Part shown: positions 21,200 to 32,494 of the stretch, in pieces | How positions within the stretch are numbered: the stretch's first letter is position 1 | How the letters are laid out: every line of letters begins with the position of its first letter | Source: Ignavibacteriota bacterium | GTDB taxonomy: Bacteria > Bacteroidota > Ignavibacteria > UBA10030 > UBA6906 | Length of the DNA: 64,000 nt | Assembly (NCBI GenBank): GCA_963849385.1 | Contig: CAWKHH010000009.1 | Span: 77,337-141,336, forward strand | Reading direction: 5' to 3' | The notes under the pieces: generated by a model | The model's database searches: none | The model's input: only the letters and a program-made list of their open reading frames with translations | Told to the model about the DNA's origin: nothing | Translations under genes and position numbers: made by a program

Positions 21200-22836
21200 A
21201 CAATTTGCTCGACATCAAAACTCCAGCCCAGGGCGAGGCGCAAGCCCTCAAAAGCGACTACACTCTGGAGAACCAGGGACTCACGAATTTGCGCATGGCG
21301 TACTGGAACCTCCCGACCGAGGCGCTGTACGAAGAAATCGCATTCAGGCGCGAGGCACGCGTAGCACGCGACGGTCCGATTGTCGTCCATACCGGAAAAC
21401 ACACGGGTCGGTCCGCCAACGACAAGTTCGTCGTGAAGGAAGGCAGTACCGATGAGCACATCTGGTGGGGTGAATATAACCGTCCTTTCAGCCCGGAAAA
21501 GTTCAACGATCTCTACAACCGGATGCAGGGGTATCTGCAGGGCCGGGATGTGTTCGTGCAGGATTGCTACGCCGGCGCGGATCCCAACTACAAACTTCCG
21601 ATCCGCATTATCACCGAGTATGCGTGGCAATCACACTTCGCACGGAACATGTTCCTCCTGGCGCGCACGAACGAGGAACTCCGCCGGCACATCCCGGAAT
21701 TCACGGTGATTGCAGCCCCCGGCTTCAAAGGGATCCCGCAGATAGACAGCACGGCGACTAACACATTCATCGTGCTGAACTTTGCGCAGAAGCTCTGTCT
21801 CATCGGCAACACCGGTTACGGTGGAGAGATCAAGAAGTCGATCTTCACGATCCTCAATTATCTTCTGCCGCTGCAAAGTGTGATGCCGATGCACTGCTCC
21901 GCGAACATCGGCGCAAAGGGCGACACCGCGCTCTTCTTCGGGCTTTCGGGCACAGGCAAAACCACGCTTTCAGCCGATCCGCAGCGCCGCCTGATAGGTG
22001 ATGACGAACATGGCTGGAGCGATGACGGCATCTTCAACTTTGAGGGCGGGTGCTACGCCAAGGTGATCCAACTCTCCCCCTCTGCCGAGCCGCAGATCTA
22101 TGCGTGCACGCGCAGGTTCGGAACGATACTCGAAAACGTGGTCTATGATCCGGTCTCGAGGCTGATCGACCTCGACGACGAATCCATCACCGAAAACACC
22201 CGGGCGTCCTATCCGCTCGATTACATTGAAAACGCTGTGCCCGAGAAGATGGGCGGACACCCGAAGAATATCATCCTTCTCACCTGCGATGCCTCCGGGG
22301 TCATGCCGCCAATCGCGAAGCTCACAGTCGACCAGGCGCTGTATCAGTTCATTTCCGGCTACACCTCGAAGATCGCCGGCACGGAAGCCGGCCTTGGCAA
22401 GGAGCCGGAGATGACGTTCAGCACATGCTTCGGCGCCCCGTTCATGGTGCACAGACCTCCCTTCTATGCGGACCTGCTGAAGCGAAAAATCCTGAAGTAC
22501 GGCGCCAACTGCTGGCTCGTGAACACCGGATGGATCGGTGGTCCGTACGGGGTGGGCAAACGCATCAGCATCCGGTACACTCGCGCATTGCTGAATGCCG
22601 CCCTGGATGGCAAGTTGCTGACTGTTCCTTATAAGACCGATCCGGTGTTCGGGTTTGCAGTGCCGCAGAAGTGCGAAGGGGTTCCCGAGAACGTCCTGGA
22701 TCCGTCGGGTTCCTGGTCGGACAAGAACTACTACACGCAGAAGTACCGCGAGCTGGCGACGCGCTTTGTCGAGAACTTCAAGAAGTATGAAGATGGGTGC
22801 GCACCGGAGGTGAAAGCGGCGGGACCGAAAAGATAA
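21196..22836 (+). CDS. pckA: phosphoenolpyruvate carboxykinase (ATP)
   Basis: [23 protein letters not shown] kinase-1a and IGDDEHGW motifs. About 545 aa. Start overlaps the aminotransferase stop. Confidence 0.9.
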   Translation: MNNLLDIKTPAQGEAQALKSDYTLENQGLTNLRMAYWNLPTEALYEEIAFRREARVARDGPIVVHTGKHTGRSANDKFVVKEGSTDEHIWWGEYNRPFSPEKFNDLYNRMQGYLQGRDVFVQDCYAGADPNYKLPIRIITEYAWQSHFARNMFLLARTNEELRRHIPEFTVIAAPGFKGIPQIDSTATNTFIVLNFAQKLCLIGNTGYGGEIKKSIFTILNYLLPLQSVMPMHCSANIGAKGDTALFFGLSGTGKTTLSADPQRRLIGDDEHGWSDDGIFNFEGGCYAKVIQLSPSAEPQIYACTRRFGTILENVVYDPVSRLIDLDDESITENTRASYPLDYIENAVPEKMGGHPKNIILLTCDASGVMPPIAKLTVDQALYQFISGYTSKIAGTEAGLGKEPEMTFSTCFGAPFMVHRPPFYADLLKRKILKYGANCWLVNTGWIGGPYGVGKRISIRYTRALLNAALDGKLLTVPYKTDPVFGFAVPQKCEGVPENVLDPSGSWSDKNYYTQKYRELATRFVENFKKYEDGCAPEVKAAGPKR

Positions 22837-24305
22837 GACTGTTCACTCCTCTTCCCTCCGAAGATCGACCCCAGCACCCCCCTCATGATCTGTCTGCCGA
22901 CCTGCGTCCCGGCCGCCCTGATTGCGCTTTGAGCCATCGCGGAGATCAATTTTCCTGCCTCGCTGGGTTTTTCTTTTACAGGTCGTGGGGCTTCGGCAGG
23001 CGGCATCCCCTGCGGGCTCGTCTGCTGTCTTCCCCTCAGTCGTTCGTACGCCGACTCCCTGTCGACGGCGGCTTCGTAATGCCCGAAGATCGTTGACGAC
23101 TTGATGATGGCTTGTCGTTGATCCGGCGTGATCGGGCCGATCTGCCCGTTCGGCGGGAGGACGAATGCCCGCTCGACTATCCCCGGCGCTCCCTTCGGCT
23201 CGAGGAAAGAAATGAGGGCCTCTCCCACGGCGAGTTCAGTGATGACCTTTTCGACGTTGAGTTTGGGGTTTCCGCGGAATGTGTCTGCAGCCGCCTTCAC
23301 GGCTTTCTGATCGCGCGGGGTGAACGCACGAAGCGCATGCTGCACGCGATTCCCGAGTTGTCCGAGCACAATGTCCGGAACATCGAGGGGATTCTGTGTA
23401 ATGAAGTAGACGCCGACTCCTTTCGAGCGCACCAGCCTGACAACCTGCTCGATCTTGTCGAGCAACGGCTTCGGTGCGTCAGAGAACAGCAAATGCGCCT
23501 CATCAAAGAAGAAGACAAGTTTTGGTTTCTCCTGATCGCCGACCTCAGGCATCCGTTCGAAGAGCTCAGAGAGCATCCAGAGCAGAAATGTCGCATAGAT
23601 CTTCGGGGTCTGAAGGAGTCGGTCCGCTGCCAGGATGTTGATCATCCCCCCGCCTTCCGCGTCGGTCTGCATCAGGTCATCGAGATCAAGTGCGGGTTCT
23701 CCGAAGAATGTCGTTCCTCCCTGTTCCTCAAGCGTGAGGAGGCCCCGCTGAATCGAACCCACGCTCGCGGCCGAGACATTGCCGTACTGTGTCCTGTACC
23801 CCGAGGCATTGTCGCCGACGTGCTGCAGCATCGCACGCAGATCTTTGAGGTCTAGCAACAGCAGACCCTGATCATCGGCGATGCGAAAGACCATCGTCAA
23901 CACGCCTTCCTGCGTTTCGTTGAGATTCAACAGGCGCGCGAGCAAGAGTGGTCCCATCTCGGATATCGTCGCCCGGACAGGGTGTCCCTGTTCACCGAAG
24001 ACATCCCAGAATGTTACGGGACTTCCGCGGTAGGCAAAGTCCTTCAGGCCGAGCAGCTTGATTCTTTCCGCGATTTTCGGTTTCGCCGTTCCGGCCTGAC
24101 TGACTCCTGAGAGGTCGCCTTTGACGTCTGCCATGAAGACCGGCACGCCGATGCGGCTGAATTGTTCCGCCATAACCTGCAGCGAGACCGTTTTGCCCGT
24201 GCCCGTTGCGCCGGCTATCAATCCGTGACGATTGGCCATGGCGGGGAGAAGGTAGAGTGGTTGATCGCTCTGAGCAATCAGGAGGCCGCTGGATGCGTCG
24301 GACAT
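22731..24305 (-). CDS. DUF853-family HerA-like NTPase (YjgR-like)
   Basis: Walker A GATGTGKT and a HerA/FtsK-like core, with a conserved C-terminal [11 protein letters not shown]. The last ~35 aa look non-homologous and overlap the pckA 3' end by about 100 bp, so a 3' frame error is possible. Confidence 0.7.
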   Translation of the reverse strand: MSDASSGLLIAQSDQPLYLLPAMANRHGLIAGATGTGKTVSLQVMAEQFSRIGVPVFMADVKGDLSGVSQAGTAKPKIAERIKLLGLKDFAYRGSPVTFWDVFGEQGHPVRATISEMGPLLLARLLNLNETQEGVLTMVFRIADDQGLLLLDLKDLRAMLQHVGDNASGYRTQYGNVSAASVGSIQRGLLTLEEQGGTTFFGEPALDLDDLMQTDAEGGGMINILAADRLLQTPKIYATFLLWMLSELFERMPEVGDQEKPKLVFFFDEAHLLFSDAPKPLLDKIEQVVRLVRSKGVGVYFITQNPLDVPDIVLGQLGNRVQHALRAFTPRDQKAVKAAADTFRGNPKLNVEKVITELAVGEALISFLEPKGAPGIVERAFVLPPNGQIGPITPDQRQAIIKSSTIFGHYEAAVDRESAYERLRGRQQTSPQGMPPAEAPRPVKEKPSEAGKLISAMAQSAIRAAGTQVGRQIMRGVLGSIFGGKRSEQSYLFGPAAFTSGAHPSSYFLKFSTKRVASSRYFCV

Positions 24306-24457
24306 GGCACGCTCTTGATAATGGGTACGAATTGTTAAAGGAACGGGGCAGCATGAATATAGAAACAGAAAGGACGAATTACAAAGGGGCCATGTCAACC
24401 CACGGTGCGTTCCCGTGAATGCCGATCGAACGCCCTGGGCATAGTTCTGACGCCGTG

Positions 24458-25051
24458 TTACTTCTGTTTCTGAAGCTCCATAAGGAAGGTCAGATCCACC
24501 TTGTCACTCACGATGAGGCCGCCGGCTTCGATCTCCTTGTTCCATTTAACACCATAATCGAACCTATTGATGGATGTCGTGGCTTTGAATCCTGCTTTCA
24601 GATTCCCGCGGCCGTCTGCAACCTGTCCGAGAAACTTTGCCTCGAGCACGACGGGCTTGGTAACATCGCGCAGGGTGAGGTTTCCGGTGATCTTGTAGGT
24701 GTTCTCCCCCGTCTTCTCAAAAGAGGTACTTTTGAAGGAGATGACAGGATACTTTTCGGCATTCAGGAAGTCGTCTGAACGGAGGTGCTTGTCACGCATC
24801 TCGTTTTCGGTATTGATGCTGGCGGTCTTGATCGTCGCTTCCAGCGTGCTACCGGAGAAGTCGTCCTTCCCTTCGGTCAGCGTGACGTCGAAATCTTTGA
24901 AGCCCCCGGTGACTTCGCTGATCACCATATGCGTGACCGAAAAATTCACCCGGCTATGTGCGTTATCCTGCTTCCATACGTTAGCCTGGGCGGATCCGAC
25001 GCTGCCGAGAAGGGCGAACGCGACTGCGATGGCGAACATGTGTTTCATGGT
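24458..25051 (-). CDS. YceI-family periplasmic polyisoprenoid-binding protein
   Basis: Signal peptide [22 protein letters not shown] and YceI-like beta-barrel sequence features. Downstream of the MarR gene in the same orientation. Confidence 0.75.
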   Translation of the reverse strand, partial: TMKHMFAIAVAFALLGSVGSAQANVWKQDNAHSRVNFSVTHMVISEVTGGFKDFDVTLTEGKDDFSGSTLEATIKTASINTENEMRDKHLRSDDFLNAEKYPVISFKSTSFEKTGENTYKITGNLTLRDVTKPVVLEAKFLGQVADGRGNLKAGFKATTSINRFDYGVKWNKEIEAGGLIVSDKVDLTFLMELQKQK

Positions 25052-25113
25052 AATGCTCCTTGTAAGGTTCGTGGAGAGTTCAGAGTTTGTGAGGTTCATA
25101 GTGGATGGGCCGG

Positions 25114-25575
25114 TTAGCCGTAGCGTTCTGTGAGAGCGAGTCCCAGCTTTTTGAGCAGCGCGCCGAGACGATCCTGTTCCTGTTCCCCAAGCACAGCGAT
25201 GAGTTCCGACATTGCTGCTGCATGTTTTGGGAAGACCTCCAGAAAGAATTTGCGTCCTTTCGGGGTCAGCTGAACAACTTTAACACGACGGTCTTCGGAA
25301 TGCGCAGTCCGTTCCAGGAGCCCTTCCTCTTCGAGGTTGTCGACGATGACCGTGGTGTTCCCGCAGCTGATGAGCATTTTCCGGGCAAGTTCACCCAGAC
25401 GCATGGGTCCGAGGTGGCCAAGCGCCTCCAGTACACCGAATTGCGCCTGTGTCACTCCGTAGGCGCGGATATCGTCACCCGAGAGACGGTTCAGGGTGGA
25501 ATACGCACGCGCAAGCTTCACCCACATGCGAAGTGCGGTGTCTGCCTTCCTCCCATAACGCCGGGTGGTGCTCAT
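25114..25575 (-). CDS. MarR-family transcriptional regulator
   Basis: 153 aa winged-helix MarR pattern (LTQAQFGVLEAL...GELARKMLISCGNTTVIVDNLEEEGLLER). Confidence 0.8.
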   Translation of the reverse strand: MSTTRRYGRKADTALRMWVKLARAYSTLNRLSGDDIRAYGVTQAQFGVLEALGHLGPMRLGELARKMLISCGNTTVIVDNLEEEGLLERTAHSEDRRVKVVQLTPKGRKFFLEVFPKHAAAMSELIAVLGEQEQDRLGALLKKLGLALTERYG

Positions 25576-25597
25576 GGGCCTCTTATGTTTTCAATTG

Positions 25598-25621
25598 ATA
25601 TATTTCGAATTCAAAATATAT
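25598..25621. promoter_or_regulatory. imperfect 22 bp palindrome (TATATTTCGAATTCAAAATATA) in the divergent MarR/epimerase intergenic region; candidate MarR operator
   Basis: 20 of 22 positions are symmetric. Lies 20-45 nt upstream of the MarR start codon. Confidence 0.4.
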
Positions 25622-25704
25622 AACGGTGCGGGCAGCCGAAAAGTTCCTGCGTCGTTGCATCTCCGTGAATTATTTTCGACATTTGCATGCGAAAGGAGCC
25701 ACCC

Positions 25705-26623
25705 ATGACCATTCTCGTCACCGGCGGTGCAGGATTCATCGGCAGCCATATCGTCGAACACTTCCACACAAAAGCCGACGTCATCGTCCTCGACAACCTC
25801 CGCTCCGGCTTCCAAGAGCAACGTCGACCCGTTCAAAGTCCGGTTCATCCACGGCAGCATCACCGATGCCGTGCTCGTCAACGACATCATGAAGGATGTG
25901 GACCATGTCTTTCATCTGGCGGCTCTGGTGAGCGTGCCGGAATCCATGGAGAAACCCCGGGAAGCAGTGGAAATCAATGTACTGGGAACACTGCACGTTC
26001 TCGAAGCGGCTCGCGCGTGCAAGGTAAAAAAGGTGGTGATTTCCTCATCCGCGGCAATCTATGGCGACAATCCGACCGTACCGAAGATCGAGACCATGAC
26101 ACCCGAACCCCGAAGTCCATACGCCATCACCAAACTTGACGACGAGTACTATGCCCGGATGTTCACCGCCGACTTCGGTCTGCCCGTTACATGCTTGCGG
26201 TATTTCAACGTCTTCGGACCGCGGCAGAACCCCACATCCCAGTACGCTGCGGCAGTGCCGATACTCATCGACAAATGTCTTCGCGGTGAAGAAATCGTGA
26301 TCTACGGTGATGGAGAACAGACGCGCGACTTCATCTATGTCAAAGACATCGTTGCTGCGAATCTGCTGGCGGCGACTTCAGATGTTACGGGGGTCTACAA
26401 CGTGGCGAATGGACGGAGCGTAAGCATCAACAGGCTCGCAGAGATGATCGTCCGGATTACCGGTGCAGACGTACCGGTCCGTCACGCCCCGGTTCGTTCC
26501 GGCGATGTGAAACACTCCCTTGCTGATACCGGCCGTGTGCGAGGGGTCGGGTTTACGCCGCATACGACGCTCGAGGAGGGGTTGAAGGCAACAATCGAGG
26601 ATATGATGGCCCGGAGAGTCTGA
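25705..26623 (+). CDS. NAD-dependent epimerase/dehydratase (UDP-sugar 4-epimerase-like); frame break near 25810
   Basis: AAGGAG RBS, GGAGFIGSH Rossmann motif, and YxxxK active site (YAITKLDDEYYARMF). ORFs 25687-26139 and 25727-26623 are in adjacent frames. Confidence 0.8.
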
Positions 26624-26710
26624 TCGCCTCTCCGGCACCATGGCCGTTCAGACGGGGGTGCGGGTGCTTTACCCGGTGGCTTCGCCCCGCGCGTGTCCGC
26701 TGCAAGAGCT

Positions 26711-29386
26711 TCAACACTTCGGCAGAACCAAAAACCGACGATGGACGCAACAAGGGCCGCCCCGAATCCCTGCAACTTCAATGGAGCCGTTTGGAACGGC
26801 TCCTTGCAGAGCGGGTACGTACATGACTGTTGCAGTAAGCATGCACGTAAGGAGGATCCCGCCGATCAATGCGACATTACGCTTTCGTTTCATCGTCAGA
26901 GCGGATTCGGTCAGGGACCGGCAATTGAGGGCATTCACCAATCTGGCGGCGATCAATGTCGCAAAGAAGAGACTCATCGCCTCCCGATGAGGATACTGCC
27001 ATACCTCAATTGCCACGGCGTACACGCCCAGGCTTGCCAATCCGATGACTGCCCCCAGAATGCCAATGTACATGTACGCCGAAAAATTCAGCATCCCCTC
27101 CTTGATCGGACGCGGGCGGTGGCGCATTATTCCGGGCTCGGGTGGCTCGACGCCGAGAGAAATTGCGATCAGGCCGTCCATGATAAAATTGATGAAGAGC
27201 ACCTGCACTGCGGCCAGCGGAAGGGGCATTCCCGCAAGCAACGCGATAATCAGCGCCAGCACTGTTCCCATGTTTCCGCTCAGGAGGAAGACCAGGTACT
27301 TCCGGATGTTCAAGAAAATGCTTCTTCCCTCCTCAATCGCACGCACAATCGTGGCAAAATTATCATCCGTCAGGATCATGTCGGATGCTTCCTTGCTGAC
27401 GTCGGTGCCGGCAATGCCCATGGCGATGCCGATGTCAGCCCGCTTGAGAGCCGGGGCGTCGTTGACGCCGTCGCCCGTCATCGCGACCACGCTGCCCTGT
27501 GCGAGAAATGCATTGACAATGCGGAGCTTGTGCTCGGGAGCGATGCGCGCGAAGATGTCGGTGGTGGCAATCTTCGCTTCCAGTTCGGCATCCGTCATGG
27601 TGGAGAGTTCCGATCCGGTGAGGACGCCGCCGCCTTTGAGGATTCCGAGTTCCTGACCCACCGAAAGCGCAGTCAGGCGATGATCACCGGTGATCATCAC
27701 GGGCCGGATGCCGGCATGTTCGCATTTCAGGATGGCCTCCTTCACCTCAGGCCTCACGGGGTCCTGCATCGCCATCAATCCCAACAAGACCATTCCTTCT
27801 TCGGGATTGGCATTGAAACCCGCCGGGTGATGCGAGGAGGCAAAGGCCAGAACGCGCAGGCCGCTGCCTGCAAGGCTATGCCCGCTTTCCACGATCCGTG
27901 CACGGATCTCCGCCGTGAGGGGCTTCAGGCCCGCGGTGGTGAGTACTTCTTTGCAGTTGTCCAGCACCACTTCGGGCGCACCCTTGCTGCACACGAGCAT
28001 ACCGGCACCATCGCGATGGACGGAGGTCATTCTCTTGCGTTCCGAGCTGAAGGGGATTTCGTACATCCGCGGATGCTCGTGGCGTAACGCGTGCAGGTCC
28101 AACCCGGATTTCGCTGCAGCAACCAGAAGCGCTCCTTCGGTGGGATCCCCCAGCATTTCCCATTTCCGCTTTGCCTCATGAAACTGGAGAACCGCATCAT
28201 TGCAGAGAACCGCGGTGCGCAGCAGCTCGCGGAGACCAGGATCCGCCTTCCCCAGGACCGTCTGCTTGAAGGTGAAGACACCCCGCGGCTCATATCCGGT
28301 TCCCGACACTTCGATGATGCGATCGCCGGTGACGACGCGCCGTACAGTCATTTCATTCTGGGTCAACGTTCCCGTTTTGTCGGAGCATATGACCGACGTT
28401 GCCCCGAGAGTTTCGACTGCGGGAAGTTTGCGGATCAACGCCTTCCGTTCCGCCATACGACGGACACCCAGGGCAAGGGTGATCGTCATGACCGCCGGAA
28501 GCGCCTCGGGAATCACCGCGACGGCGATGGCGACGCCCCACACGAACATCTCCACAATACCATGGCCGCGGAGAACGCCGAGGATGCTCATGGCCGCTGC
28601 AAGAATGATGGAAAATATTCCGAGGTTGCGGCCGAGTGTGTCGAGATTTGCCTGCAGCGGAGTCTGTCGTTGCGTCGTGGTCTGGAGCAGCGAAGCTATC
28701 CTGCCAATTTCCGTGTTGAGACCCGTCCCCACAACGACCGCACCACCCCGGCCATACTGAATTGTGGTTGCCGTGTAGACCATGTTCGCACGGTCCCCCA
28801 CTTGCGCCGATGCATCGAAAACCGCATCGCAGTTCTTTTCGGCCGGTCGGGATTCGCCCGTCAACATGGACTCATCGATCGTCAGGTTCATCGATTCGAT
28901 CAACCTGCCATCAGCCGGAATGGCGTCACCGGTCTTCAGGATAATCGTGTCACCCGGCACCAGCTCCCGCGCGGGTATCAACATCTCGATGCCATTCCGC
29001 AACACCACAGCGTGCGGCACGGCGAGCTTTTGCAGAGCTTGCAGAGCCTGTTCGGCCTTGTATTCCTGGATGAAGCCGACGACCCCTGCAAGAACCACGA
29101 TGATGATGATTGCCAGGGCCTCCACTATCTCGCCCATTGCACCCGAGACGACAGCAGCAATGATCAGCACCACCATTAGCAGACTGAAGAACTGTCTCGC
29201 AAACAGAAGAAGCACCGAGTCTTTCTTCGGCGGTGGAAGTTCATTGAAACCGGTTTTCCGCCGGATGTCGTCCGCCTGTTTGGAGGTCAGACCGTTCGTT
29301 GAGGCGTGAAGACGGGAAAGGACGTCGTGCACCCTGAGAGAGTGCCATGCTGCGGCGTTCTCGCGGGATTGATCTGTGTGTGGCAT
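26711..29386 (-). CDS. P-type cation-transporting ATPase (P2-type, Ca2+/Mg2+-like); C-terminal frame break
   Basis: DKTGTLT phosphorylation site, TGDGVNDAPAL hinge, cation ATPase N-terminal domain and 10 TM segments. The last TM (FQTAPLKLQGFGAALVASIVGFWF...) is in a +1 frame (ORF 26482-26781). Confidence 0.85.
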   Translation of the reverse strand: MPHTDQSRENAAAWHSLRVHDVLSRLHASTNGLTSKQADDIRRKTGFNELPPPKKDSVLLLFARQFFSLLMVVLIIAAVVSGAMGEIVEALAIIIIVVLAGVVGFIQEYKAEQALQALQKLAVPHAVVLRNGIEMLIPARELVPGDTIILKTGDAIPADGRLIESMNLTIDESMLTGESRPAEKNCDAVFDASAQVGDRANMVYTATTIQYGRGGAVVVGTGLNTEIGRIASLLQTTTQRQTPLQANLDTLGRNLGIFSIILAAAMSILGVLRGHGIVEMFVWGVAIAVAVIPEALPAVMTITLALGVRRMAERKALIRKLPAVETLGATSVICSDKTGTLTQNEMTVRRVVTGDRIIEVSGTGYEPRGVFTFKQTVLGKADPGLRELLRTAVLCNDAVLQFHEAKRKWEMLGDPTEGALLVAAAKSGLDLHALRHEHPRMYEIPFSSERKRMTSVHRDGAGMLVCSKGAPEVVLDNCKEVLTTAGLKPLTAEIRARIVESGHSLAGSGLRVLAFASSHHPAGFNANPEEGMVLLGLMAMQDPVRPEVKEAILKCEHAGIRPVMITGDHRLTALSVGQELGILKGGGVLTGSELSTMTDAELEAKIATTDIFARIAPEHKLRIVNAFLAQGSVVAMTGDGVNDAPALKRADIGIAMGIAGTDVSKEASDMILTDDNFATIVRAIEEGRSIFLNIRKYLVFLLSGNMGTVLALIIALLAGMPLPLAAVQVLFINFIMDGLIAISLGVEPPEPGIMRHRPRPIKEGMLNFSAYMYIGILGAVIGLASLGVYAVAIEVWQYPHREAMSLFFATLIAARLVNALNCRSLTESALTMKRKRNVALIGGILLTCMLTATVMYVPALQGAVPNGSIEVAGIRGGPCCVHRRFLVLPKC

Positions 29387-29391
29387 GCCGG

Positions 29392-30264
29392 TTACGGTTT
29401 GTGGGATGGCAGTGACTGGCCGTACGCCATTGCTTCGAGCCTCGCAATCCGTTCTTCCATCGGCGGATGCGTGCTGAAGAGCTTCGCTATCCCGCCGCCG
29501 CTGAGCGGGTTGACAATGAACATGTGCGCGGTGGAAGGTGAAGCGTTCATCGGAATCTGGTGGGCACGCGTTTCGAGCTTGCGCAGCGCATTTGCAAGGG
29601 AGAGGGGGTTGCCGGCCATCTGTGCGCCGGCTTCGTCAGCCATGAACTCGCGCGAGCGTGAGATCGCGAGCTGTATGAGCATTGCGGCAATCGGCGCCAC
29701 AATCATCATGACGAGGCCGGCGATCGGACTGCCCCCTTCGCGATCATTGGAGCTGCGACCGCCGCCGAACATCATCCCCCATTGCGCCATATTTGCCAGC
29801 ATACTGATTGCGCCGGCCATTGTCGCAGCAATCGTTCCGACCAGAATGTCCCTGTGCTTCACGTGGGAAAGCTCATGTGCCAGCACACCTCTCAATTCAT
29901 CGCGGGAAAGGATGCTGACGATGCCCTTCGTCACTGCCACAGCGGCGTGCTCCGGATTGCGGCCGGTGGCAAATGCGTTCGGCTGATCTCCTTCGATCAT
30001 GTAGAGTTTCGGCATGGGCAGCCCAGCACGGCCGGTCAAGTCTTGCACGGTTTGAAACAGCTCCGGAGCATCCGCAGGAGCGAGTTCCTGAGCTCCGTAC
30101 ATGCGGAGGACTATCTTATCACTGAACCAGTAGCTTCCGAAGTTCATAACGACCGCGATGACAAAAGCCATCATCATCCCGCCCCGTCCGCCGATAAGGC
30201 TCCCTACAAAGACGAGGAGAACGGTCATCATCGCCATCAGAAAGAAGGTCTTCGTCGTATTCAT
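29392..30264 (-). CDS. htpX: zinc metalloprotease HtpX (M48 family)
   Basis: N-terminal TMs, HELSHVKH zinc motif, and length 290 aa. Confidence 0.85.
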   Translation of the reverse strand: MNTTKTFFLMAMMTVLLVFVGSLIGGRGGMMMAFVIAVVMNFGSYWFSDKIVLRMYGAQELAPADAPELFQTVQDLTGRAGLPMPKLYMIEGDQPNAFATGRNPEHAAVAVTKGIVSILSRDELRGVLAHELSHVKHRDILVGTIAATMAGAISMLANMAQWGMMFGGGRSSNDREGGSPIAGLVMMIVAPIAAMLIQLAISRSREFMADEAGAQMAGNPLSLANALRKLETRAHQIPMNASPSTAHMFIVNPLSGGGIAKLFSTHPPMEERIARLEAMAYGQSLPSHKP

Positions 30265-30266
30265 TT

Positions 30267-31151
30267 TCAGTATCCTCCGGAGGTATGTCCCTCCGGACCC
30301 TTAGTTTTTGATTGTTGACAGAACAGCATTCTAGGGGCTGTGACGTGCAGAAACTCACCAACCGAGAACCCTCGCAGATGGGATTTCTTCCGAGCGATGG
30401 AAAAACTCCTGAATTGGAGAAGATCTGTCAAATAAATGAACCTCCGAGTCTCAGTGCCTCGCGGTAATGCTTTCATCTGCGCTTCTAGGGAAACTCTCCT
30501 AATACCTTCTGATACAATACGATGTCCGCCGTAATCTCTACAATTGCATATCTGCTCGTCGCGCACTGAGCCGCAGTTTACCATCCTGGTGCGTCCAATG
30601 CTGTCCACCCCGGAAGACTCATGGATGTGCCCGCAAATCACAGCGTCAGGCTGACGCTTTTCGACAAATGTTCTCACGGCAGTGCTCCCGACGTGGCGTC
30701 CGCTCCTGATGACGTCCAATGTGGTTCCGTACGGCGGTGCATGCGGGACAAAGATCTTGTATTTACAGTCCGCCACCTCCTTCCACCCCTTTTCTGCAAG
30801 ATCGAGAATCGCATCCTCACTCAGTTCGAAGGGTGTATGCAAGGGAGAGAGCGGGCATCCGGAGACGCCGAAGAATGACACGTCGCCGATGCATACTCCC
30901 CGGCCGCTGATGCACACACCATCATCTTCGTACGCGCGTTCAATCTCCCGGGTGTCCATATTGCCGGCGACGGCGAGAACGCGCGGCGCAAGCGAACGAA
31001 GATCGGCGATGGCGCCGGCGGCTTCGACGCGGGTGCCGTTGGTTGTCAGGTCGCCCGCTAAGACCAGGACGTCTATGCCTTGCTCCGCGCGCGCGATCTG
31101 CCTCGCGAGTTCGTAGGCACCATGTATGTCAGAGAGTGCAAGTATGCGCAT
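30267..31151 (-). CDS. calcineurin-like metallophosphoesterase (YfcE/MJ0936-like); 3' end uncertain
   Basis: [15 protein letters not shown] and ICGHIHE motifs. The final ~65 aa lack homology and run through the htpX promoter region, so a 3' frame error is likely. Confidence 0.65.
   Translation of the reverse strand: MRILALSDIHGAYELARQIARAEQGIDVLVLAGDLTTNGTRVEAAGAIADLRSLAPRVLAVAGNMDTREIERAYEDDGVCISGRGVCIGDVSFFGVSGCPLSPLHTPFELSEDAILDLAEKGWKEVADCKYKIFVPHAPPYGTTLDVIRSGRHVGSTAVRTFVEKRQPDAVICGHIHESSGVDSIGRTRMVNCGSVRDEQICNCRDYGGHRIVSEGIRRVSLEAQMKALPRGTETRRFIYLTDLLQFRSFSIARKKSHLRGFSVGEFLHVTAPRMLFCQQSKTKGPEGHTSGGY
30278..30305 (-). promoter_or_regulatory. SD-sequestering hairpin in the htpX 5' leader (candidate RNA thermometer)
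   Basis: mRNA reads GGUCCGGAGGGACAUACCUCCGGAGGAUACUGAAAAUG. The 8 bp stem UCCGGAGG/CCUCCGGA overlaps the GGAGGA Shine-Dalgarno, which is 8 nt before the AUG. Confidence 0.35.
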
Positions 31152-31189
31152 TGCTTGAATCCGATGAAGAAGCGTCGTAGATTGATTTC

Positions 31190-31972
31190 ATGAGAGCGTA
31201 TATCCGAACACTCTGGATCTGGGGGGCAGTCATGCTTCTGATGCTGTTCTGGCTCCCTCTCCTTGCCATTATCCGGTTATTCGATCGGGATCCTGCCCTG
31301 TACAGAACGGGACGCTGGTTTCGCCGGCTTGGTTCTGCTATGACCCGGGTGAATCCGGTCTGGAAAATTTCGGTTAAAGGGCTCCCGGAACACTATGTGC
31401 GCAAAGCCGTTGTTGTAGTCAGCAACCACCAGTCATTGGCCGACATTCCGGTGATCTCCCGGCTCCCCTGGGAGATGAAGTGGGTTGCCAAACGCGAACT
31501 TTTCCGGTTGCCTATTGTGGGATGGATGATGCGACTGGCTGGGGACATTCCGCTGGAGCGTGGAGACGCCCGGAGCGGGGCCCGTGTTCTCGCGCATGCG
31601 GCCCGGTACCTCAGAAAGAATTGCCCCGTATTCATTTTCCCGGAGGGAACCCGATCACCCGACGGTCTGGTGGGCCGCTTCACCGACGGAGCGTTTCACC
31701 TGGCCGTTGCATCACAGGTTCCGGTCCTTCCTGTGGCGGTTGAGGGTACCAGAGATGCCCTGCCGAAGAAGAACTGGCGATTCGGCAACACCGTCAGCAT
31801 CACGGTGTCTGTACTTCCCGAAGTTTCTACGACGGGTCTCACACGCGACGATGTAGAGGCCCTGCGCGAACGGATCCGCGCGATGATTTGCGAGAATATC
31901 GCTTTATCACGCAACGTGCTTCCGGCCTCAGTCGACGGAGTGCTTCAGCGTAGCGGACAGAAGAGCGGCTAG
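31190..31972 (+). CDS. plsC: 1-acyl-sn-glycerol-3-phosphate acyltransferase
   Basis: NHQSLADIP (HX4D) and FPEGTRS motifs, with an N-terminal TM. Confidence 0.8.
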   Translation: MRAYIRTLWIWGAVMLLMLFWLPLLAIIRLFDRDPALYRTGRWFRRLGSAMTRVNPVWKISVKGLPEHYVRKAVVVVSNHQSLADIPVISRLPWEMKWVAKRELFRLPIVGWMMRLAGDIPLERGDARSGARVLAHAARYLRKNCPVFIFPEGTRSPDGLVGRFTDGAFHLAVASQVPVLPVAVEGTRDALPKKNWRFGNTVSITVSVLPEVSTTGLTRDDVEALRERIRAMICENIALSRNVLPASVDGVLQRSGQKSG

Positions 31973-32481
31973 TTTCTCCTCCGGTTCATTGCTGGCAGAC
32001 TTCCTTCCGGAGTTGATGCAGCGCCACCTCTGCGACTACCGATATCCGATGCCAACCAGTAGAGGCGTTGGTTGCAGACAAAGAAGAAGTGCGCCTGACC
32101 CAGGCCCAGGCACATGAACACCGGGTTCCTGCCTTCTTCGAACGTCCTGAAATGTTCAAAGGGAGCGAGGCCGGCGGCGATCCGGTGCGCCATCGCCAGC
32201 GAAACGTTTCTGGCTGAATCGGCGGTCGGATAGTACGACACATAGAGAGTCGCTGATCCGTCATCCCCCTTGTATGTGCCCACCACGTTCTCCTGCGGCG
32301 TCACTGCCCTTCCATGCAACTTGTTCACCAGGACGCGGGCATCAGATCCGGCAACAGATTGCGCGAGGCTGAGCGTTCCGAGCAACTTGGGCACGCCATG
32401 CCCGCTCAGGGACAATTTCACGGCCACCGTTGCCAGCACGACGGCAATGGTTGCGCCGACAATCCAAGGAATCTTCTTCAT
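31969..32481 (-). CDS. hypothetical exported protein
   Basis: ATG at 32481 preceded by a GGGGG RBS. Signal/TM MKKIPWIVGATIAVVLATVAV. No family recognised. Confidence 0.45.
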   Translation of the reverse strand: MKKIPWIVGATIAVVLATVAVKLSLSGHGVPKLLGTLSLAQSVAGSDARVLVNKLHGRAVTPQENVVGTYKGDDGSATLYVSYYPTADSARNVSLAMAHRIAAGLAPFEHFRTFEEGRNPVFMCLGLGQAHFFFVCNQRLYWLASDIGSRRGGAASTPEGSLPAMNRRRN

Positions 32482-32494
32482 AGCCCCCGACAAA

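Noticed and set aside
353-29179. Many long antisense or overlapping ORFs in the six-frame track (e.g. 353-790 +, 1010-1579 +, 3742-4434 +, 4416-5249 +, 5959-6606 +, 26693-28087 +, 28091-29179 +, 23112-23855 +)
   Set aside because: They lie antisense to, or out of frame with, strongly conserved genes and have Arg/Ala/Pro-rich low-complexity translations typical of spurious ORFs in high-GC DNA.
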